Origin: the human T2T-CHM13v2.0 reference genome, Homo sapiens
Direction: 5' to 3' (one strand)
Length of the DNA stretch: 64,000 nt
NCBI RefSeq assembly: GCF_009914755.1
Contig: NC_060935.1
Positions within the stretch are counted from its first letter, which is position 1; every line of letters begins with the position of its first letter. Shown here piece by piece: positions 57,340 through 64,000 of this stretch. The notes below the pieces were generated by a model, which was not told the DNA's origin, made no database searches, and worked only from the letters and a program-made list of their open reading frames with translations. Made by a program: the position numbers and the translations under genes.

Positions 57340-58330
57340 GGGGAAACTTTCCGCTGCGCCTCCTGTCGCTGTTTTCCTTGGCTCCCGGAGGTGCGCAGTA
57401 TCGGGTCCGTTTTTAAGGTAAAGAAACTGAGGCCTAGAAAGAGAACAGGATAACCCAGGGCGCGGAGGCTGGGGCTAGAACCCAGGCCGGCTGGCTCTGA
57501 GTCCAGTGCTTGGCCTGCCTCTCAGAGGCCTGTGGGCACGTCCCCACCCACCCCTGTCCCCAGGCGTGGGAGCGAGGGGTTGGGCTTGGCCTCAGGGCGT
57601 CCCTGGATCCCGGACGCGCTTGGGGATCTCCGGCTCGGACCCCAGGAGCAGAGACAGCGCTCGAGCTTGTCACTTTAAATTCAAGAGGGAGCGGGCGGGC
57701 AAGCGGGCGAGCGCGAGGGAGCGCGCGGCGGGCTCCTGGGAGCGTGCCCGGACTGCGGCGCAGCTCCGGTCCGCCGCCCCGGCCCGGCCGAGCCCCCGGC
57801 CCGCGCCGCGCTCCTCGGAGGCGGGAGCCCGGCGACACTGCAGGGGTGGCGTTGCCGCCGGCGGCCGGGCTAGGCGCAGGTGCGTGCGCGCTGCGGGAGG
57901 CGGGCCGGCAGCTGGAGCCCAGCCGGAGCGGCGGCCCCTCCGCGGAGCCCGGGTGAGTACGCACCCCGCCGACCCCCGTGCGCGGCCGGGATCGCACCCT
58001 GATCGCGGACGCACGCAGCCCCCTCCTCGGGCCCTGGGCCCGGGACCCCAGAGCCCCGCGCACTCCGCGCTCCTGCACCTCCGCGCCGCGCTTGCACACG
58101 AACGAATGCCGGGCACCGCGCACGCTGGGCGCCCTTACCCGGCCCGGCCACTCCGCGCAGTGCGCATCGCATCGCACGCCCCGCATGTGCACACACGCGG
58201 CTCACCCGGCCATTTACACGCCTCCCCGCGCCCACGCTGCACACACGCCCCTCACTTTCGCATTCAGCGCCCTGACTGTCCTCACTGTCCCTGCTCTGGC
58301 TTCGCACCCCCTCCCGACACTCCGGTCCCC
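57340..58330 (+). promoter_or_regulatory. SYT12: CpG island promoter, assigned to SYT12
   Basis: About 1 kb of very high GC and CpG density; TTTAAA at 57674-57679; GC boxes. Gene identity comes from known gene order downstream of C11orf86; no SYT12 coding exon was identified in the window. Confidence 0.8.
57705..57952 (+). other. SYT12: Non-coding first exon of SYT12 (start approximate); intron 1 runs to the window end
   Basis: Strong donor CGG|GTGAGT at 57952/57953; alternative donor CAG|GTGCGT at 57879/57880; no ATG in the exon. Confidence 0.7.
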
Positions 58331-61300
58331 ATACACCCTGGAGGTTCCCGAGGCAGGAGCGCTGGGTCTGCAGGAACCGTCCCAATCTGGAGGGGAACGT
58401 TGCACCCCAGCCCGAGGAGGCCCTGGCCGTGTGAAGAGCCAGATATGACCCTCAGCCGCCGGTGGCACCAGCCTGAGTGGGGGGCTTTCCAGAGCTTAGG
58501 AGAGGGGTATGGCGGGGCAGGGGAGGAAGCTTGCCCAGACTCAGGGCCTCAAGGCTGTAGATTTGGGCTGAAGTTGGGGGAGGGAGGTGGGGGGCCGGGA
58601 GCCTGGCCTGTGGGTGGAAGGCCCTGAGCTGGCCATCCTGGGAGCTCTCTTCCAGGGGCTGCAGAGAGACTGTGTGCACCCTCCTCCATTCCCAAAAGCC
58701 TGGGAAAGCTGCACCATGGAATGTCAGCTCCTTCTCCCCGTCAGGGGATGACAGTTTTAGAGAGCAGCAGCAATAGTGCTTCCTATTAGAAATGGGGAAA
58801 TTGAGGCTCAGAGAGGGCAGGAGACCCACCGAAGTTACCACAGCCAGTGTGAAGAAGGGTTAGGACAAGTCCCCAAGCCCCCAGCCTCCCTACTCTGAAG
58901 TCTGAAAGCTTTCCTAAGCAGCTCTGCAGAGTGGGGGCTCCCAGCCTGGGTTTCAAACCCGGACTCTGCCACTTGTCAGCTCTGGTGACTGACTGACAAA
59001 TAAAACACATCTGTAGGCTGGCAGCGCTGCCCACACTGCACCTCAGTTTCCTCTCCAGTACAAGGAGCAGGGTAGCAGCCCCCTCAGAGGGCTGCGGTGC
59101 TGAGATAACACAGGGCAAGTCACACAGTAGGTGCCCAATAAATGCCAGCCAGCACCTCCCAGCCAGTCTGTCCTGCGGTTTCTGTGGGCTGTTTGGGGGA
59201 TGGCAGCAGGATGTGGTTATCTCAGAAAGCGGAGGAGGGGTACTTGAAAAGGTTTCAACCTAAAGATCCTGAAGAGGCTCACAGGTTGAAGGATGAGGCT
59301 CTCCTGGGCCCAACTCCCGACCCTTCCCATTGCCTTGCTAGCCAGAGAATGATGTGAGGACACTGGGCAAGGAGGTGGGGTGGAGCAGAAGGCAGGGACA
59401 GAGGGCCCCTCTCCCCCGCCGAGGCACAACATTCATGGAAAGCCAATTCTCTGACAAGCCCAGGAGGGGCCTCTGCCATGGTCTGATTCCAGCAAAGCTG
59501 GGGGAAGTGGGGGGCTCTTCCAACTCCCCACCCCAAAAGGCCTGCCTGTTCAGGAGTCAGCATGGTGACCAAGAGCCCAGGCCCAGATCCATTGCACCCT
59601 GGCACCAATCCCAGTGTTGCTACTTGTATGCTAGGTGACCTGGGGCCCCAGCTTCCTCATCTATAAAAGGGGGATCCATTAATCCACTGAATCATCATGT
59701 CCACATTGTGTACCTACTACAACCAGGCACAGTGCTAAGCACTTAGCACATGTTATGTCCACATGCATGTAGCAGTAAGGAGATATTGCTAGGTAGGTAT
59801 GATCGAGCTGGAATTTGAACCTAGAGCTGTTTTCAATGAGTAAGCTCTGTGCAGTTTAGGGTCTGGGGATTTGGGACTGAACGAATTGGTCAGATGGGGA
59901 GGGGTGCTGCAGAGGTAGGGATGTGCAGTCTGGGAGCTCAGTGAGGGTCTGGAGCCACTCTGGTCCCCCATGTTATGCTCTTTGCTGTGTGTCTGGACAC
60001 CGGGGATGCTCTGGTCACAGGCTGCCCTGGTCCCACTGTACCTCATTGCTATCCTCTTCTAGCCAAAGACACAGTCCTTCTGCCTGGCAGACCTCCAGGC
60101 TGCCAGCGGGAGCCCACTGAGGTGGTCCCAGGTGAGACAGAGTCAAGGGGTCTCGGGGATAGTGAGCAAAGCCCTTGAGAAGGGCACTGGCTGCACAGCA
60201 GCACTTGCGGCTTGGTCTGAGCTTCCTCCTCACTGGTTGGGTGACCTCGGGCCAATTCACTGCCCTTCTCTGAGCCTCCCTCTCCTCCTCCGTGGAGGAG
60301 GGGGTAGTAACAGGATTTGCCCCATGGGTCTTACGGGTGATGGGGAAGATGGCATGAGGGTTGTCACTGCTAATGGAAGAGGGGCTGGACTGGGCTACAG
60401 GAATGACTGCCAGGCCCAGCTCTACCACCGCTGGCTGTGTGGCTTTGGGCAAGTCACTTAACCTCTCTTAATCTCCCACAGCTTTGCTGGGCGTGGTGAG
60501 ATCACACCACTTCATTCCAGCCTGGGTGAAAGAGCGAAACTCCGTCTCAAAAAAATAAATTAATTAAAAAAAAAAAGTAGCTCATTCAAAGCCCACTTTA
60601 CCAGGCTTATGAGCAGGGATGCTTCCAGGGCTCAACAGGTTCTAGCAGTGAATGGAAGGATGGGAGCAGCCAGGGAAGGGGCAATGCCGACTTAGCTCCA
60701 ACTCCTGTTGGAGTCGGGGGATGCAAACCCATTGTCCCCATATCTTCTAACTTTCTTTTTTTCTTTTCTTTCTTTTTTTTTGAGATGGAGTTTTGCTCTT
60801 GTTGCCCAGGCTGGAGTGCAGTGGTGCGATCTTGGCTCACTGCAACCTCCACCTCCTAGGTTCAAGCGATTCTTCTGCCTCAGCCTTCCCAAGTAGCTGG
60901 GATTACAGGCATGTGCCACCAAGCCCGGCTAATTTTGTATTTTTAGCAGAGATGGGGTTTCTCCGTGTGGGTCAGGCTGGTCTCAAACTCCCGAACTCAG
61001 GTGATCCGCCTGCCTCGGCCTCCCAAAGTGCTGGGATTACAGGCCTGAGCCACCGCGCCCGGCCAGATCTTCTAATTTTCAAAGGGAAGCTGGAAATCCT
61101 TTTTAAATCAATTTTTAATGGGAAACTCCCCCCGCACACACACACACTTTTTTTTTGAGGCACAGTCTCACTATGTTGTCCAGACTGGTTTTGAACTCCT
61201 GGGCTCAAGAGATCCTCCCACACCAGCCTCCCCAGTAGCTGGGACTACAGGCATGACCCACTGCACCCAGCTAAATTTTTCAATTTTAAAATGTTGGCAA

Positions 61301-61729
61301 CTCACTTAAATGTAAGACAAATAAACACATCTGTAGGCTGGCAGTGCTGCCCACACTGCCCAGACTAGGGGTTAGGGGGTCTGTATGGGCCATCACCAGG
61401 CTGCTAACCACAGCAACCAATATGTGCCAAGCCTGACTACACGTACCTTCTCATTCCACCCTCCTGGCAGCCTCACATCTGCTTTACAGGTGGGGAACTG
61501 AGGCTCTAAGAGACTAAGAAAATTACCCAAGGCCACTGCAGCTAGCCAGGGGCAGGTATGGGAGTCAGAGCTGGGTGCAGCTGACTACAAACCCTGTGCT
61601 CAGGATGACACCCTCTAGGAGCCTCGACCTCTCTCCCAGTTCTCTTCTCCCTCCACTCAGGCAAATGAGCTCTGCCTTCACAGGGCACCAGGCTGGAACA
61701 TATGTCTGGAGGCCAGGGGCGGTGGCTCA

Positions 61730-62053
<324 letters not shown>

Positions 62054-64000
62054 TCACACCCTCACTGAAATCTCAGCTCCCTGGGAAAGGATGTCGTGTT
62101 AAAGGGAGAGGAAAGAACAGACAGCGTGGGAGTCTGGGGTCTGAGCTGGGCCAGCCATGGAGGTGATGGGGCCCCCGACAGCCAGAGGCCAGATGCAGCT
62201 TGAGGCTTTGTCCCGTACCACGCCTGTTGTGCTGTGGGGTGTACTTTGCCATGCATACCTTGCTCGCGTGCTGCGGGCATTGGCTGTCCCAGCTTGGCCC
62301 CACTCTTGCAAAGTCAGCTTGTGCCAGGTAAGCAGGAAAAAGCCGATGGCTTATCTGATTCCCGGCAAGGCAGAAGCAGGCTGGGAGGTGCGTGTGTGTA
62401 CATTAGCATGTGTTTCAGCGTATCCAGACCAGCTTCCGCCAGGAGCTAGGACCACCTTGGGCAGGTACATGGTGACCCATTTGACCTGCAGATTCTTAGG
62501 AAACTTTTTGGAAACCATATGCCCACTTGCAGTGAGACACAGTGGTTAGGAGCATGGAGCCAGTTGGCCTGGGTTGAACAGTTTATTAGCTGTGTGGCCT
62601 GGGGCAAATTACGCCCTGGGACTCTCACCCGCAAACCAGAGATAATAATAGTACCTACCTCATGGGGCTGTTAGGCAAATTAAATGAGGTCAGATAAATG
62701 CAAAGTGCTTAGAATGGCGCTTGATGTGTAAGAAGGGCTCGACAAGGTTCTCTATTACTATCATTATCTCCAGCCCAGGCCCAGGAATGAGCTTCCACTC
62801 TAGTCAGGATGGGTGAAGCCCTTCCTGGCTTAGCACCACCCTTCCATCACCATGACAACGCACATCTCCTTGTGGGAGTGGGGGCAGCATCAGGAGAACT
62901 GGAAGCCAGGAGCTGGCTGTGCACCTTATCTGACCTGCTTCTAGAGGCTCCTGGGCACCTCCAGGACTTAAGGGGGTAGACTAGGACTTATGGCACCCCA
63001 AATGTGCTGGATAACCCTGACTGGAGCATGGCACCGAAGCTTCTTGACTCCAAAGCCACAGACTGGGGAGAACCCCGGAATTCCTGAAAATGTGGAGGGC
63101 CTTAGCTTTACCCTCTGATTCGACCCCAGTCCCAAAGGGAACCTACAGGATGCTCCGAGGGGTTGGGAATTGGTGGGTCACACTCCCCAAGGACTTTTTA
63201 TACTGCGTCTGAATGGTGTTTGCATTTTTTTGCAAATTGGTTGCTACCTTTAAAACTCAGGAAATGGCACATAAAAAATTCAGGTATCTGGCTTTTCTTT
63301 AAAGTGCCAGAAGATCAAGCCACGGTGGTTGGCATTCCTGCTGGGGCAAAAATGCAGCTGCCCTTGGGCCAGGCCATCACTCTGCAGTTCTTACCTCCCC
63401 TTCCCCTTGCCCTACCACCCTGCACCAGGCCTGCAGGCTTACCATGTGTAACCACCTCTCTGAACTACAAGGGAATCCAGAAATTGGGGTGGGCATTATC
63501 CTGGCCCTCGGTGCCCTTGACCTGAGATCAGTGCAGCCCATCCCAAATTCCTTTTTCCAGGACTCCCACATACACCCACTTAGAACACATCTGTGAGCCA
63601 GATTTACTTCTTAGCACACTAATAAAACAATGAGCAGTCACCTAGGTTCAGGTAATGGGTTGTACGAGCTCCCAGACCTTTCTAGAACAACTTAAGCCTC
63701 AGTCATTCCTAAAAGCTGGGGGTGGAGGATGGGGTGGGGAAGAAACCATGCCAAGCAGTGAAAGGACTGATAATAGAATATTGCAGACACGCAGCCTTTC
63801 CTTCCCAATCAAAATGGAAGCATTTGAAGGAAGGCTCTGGCTCAAGCCAGGGGGGCCTTGCTCTAATGAGTCACCTACTGCGTCGCCGCTGGTCAGCCTG
63901 ATGTTGTTAGGATGGAAATGAGCTGGGGTTGCCAGATTTGGCAAATACAAAAACAGGACACCCAGGAGCATTGATGTTTTGGATGAACAATGGAAAAGAT

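Noticed and set aside
57434-58627. 373-aa and 252-aa ORFs over the CpG island
   Set aside because: Stop-poor GC-rich DNA, overlapping on both strands, Arg/Pro/Ala/Gly-rich with no recognisable domain, and crossing a strong splice donor.
59085-59105. Possible REST/RE1 site (TCAGCACC on the minus strand) in SYT12 intron 1
   Set aside because: Only the left half-site matches; no GGACAG right half at the proper spacing.

Overview
Human genomic DNA (very Alu-dense, with a human-specific AluYb8), recognisable as the 11q13.2 interval downstream of PC. It holds the complete two-exon gene C11orf86/FACI (+ strand, CDS 9863-10138 + 10680-10751, 115 aa) and a CpG-island promoter with a non-coding first exon at about 57.3-58.3 kb, which I assign to SYT12 by locus context. 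The rest is mostly Alu, MIR, L2, L1M, MaLR and ERV1 LTR relics, including a full solo LTR12C and a MER41A. The main result of the hunt: the apparently intergenic 12-57 kb stretch carries more than 15 exon-like islands on the + strand. Their translations match, in collinear order, motifs of the C-terminal part of the ciliary protein DLEC1 (CFAP81) as I recall it, pointing to a decayed, intron-containing DLEC1 paralogue. Six of these islands can still be spliced into a 296-codon ORF. Smaller finds: a duplicated relic exon, a retrotransposed double-hairpin short RNA, a NAGNAG/recursive-splice motif in FACI, a templated insertion and four-layer transposon nesting. Family assignments rest on remembered consensus and protein sequences; no searches were run.
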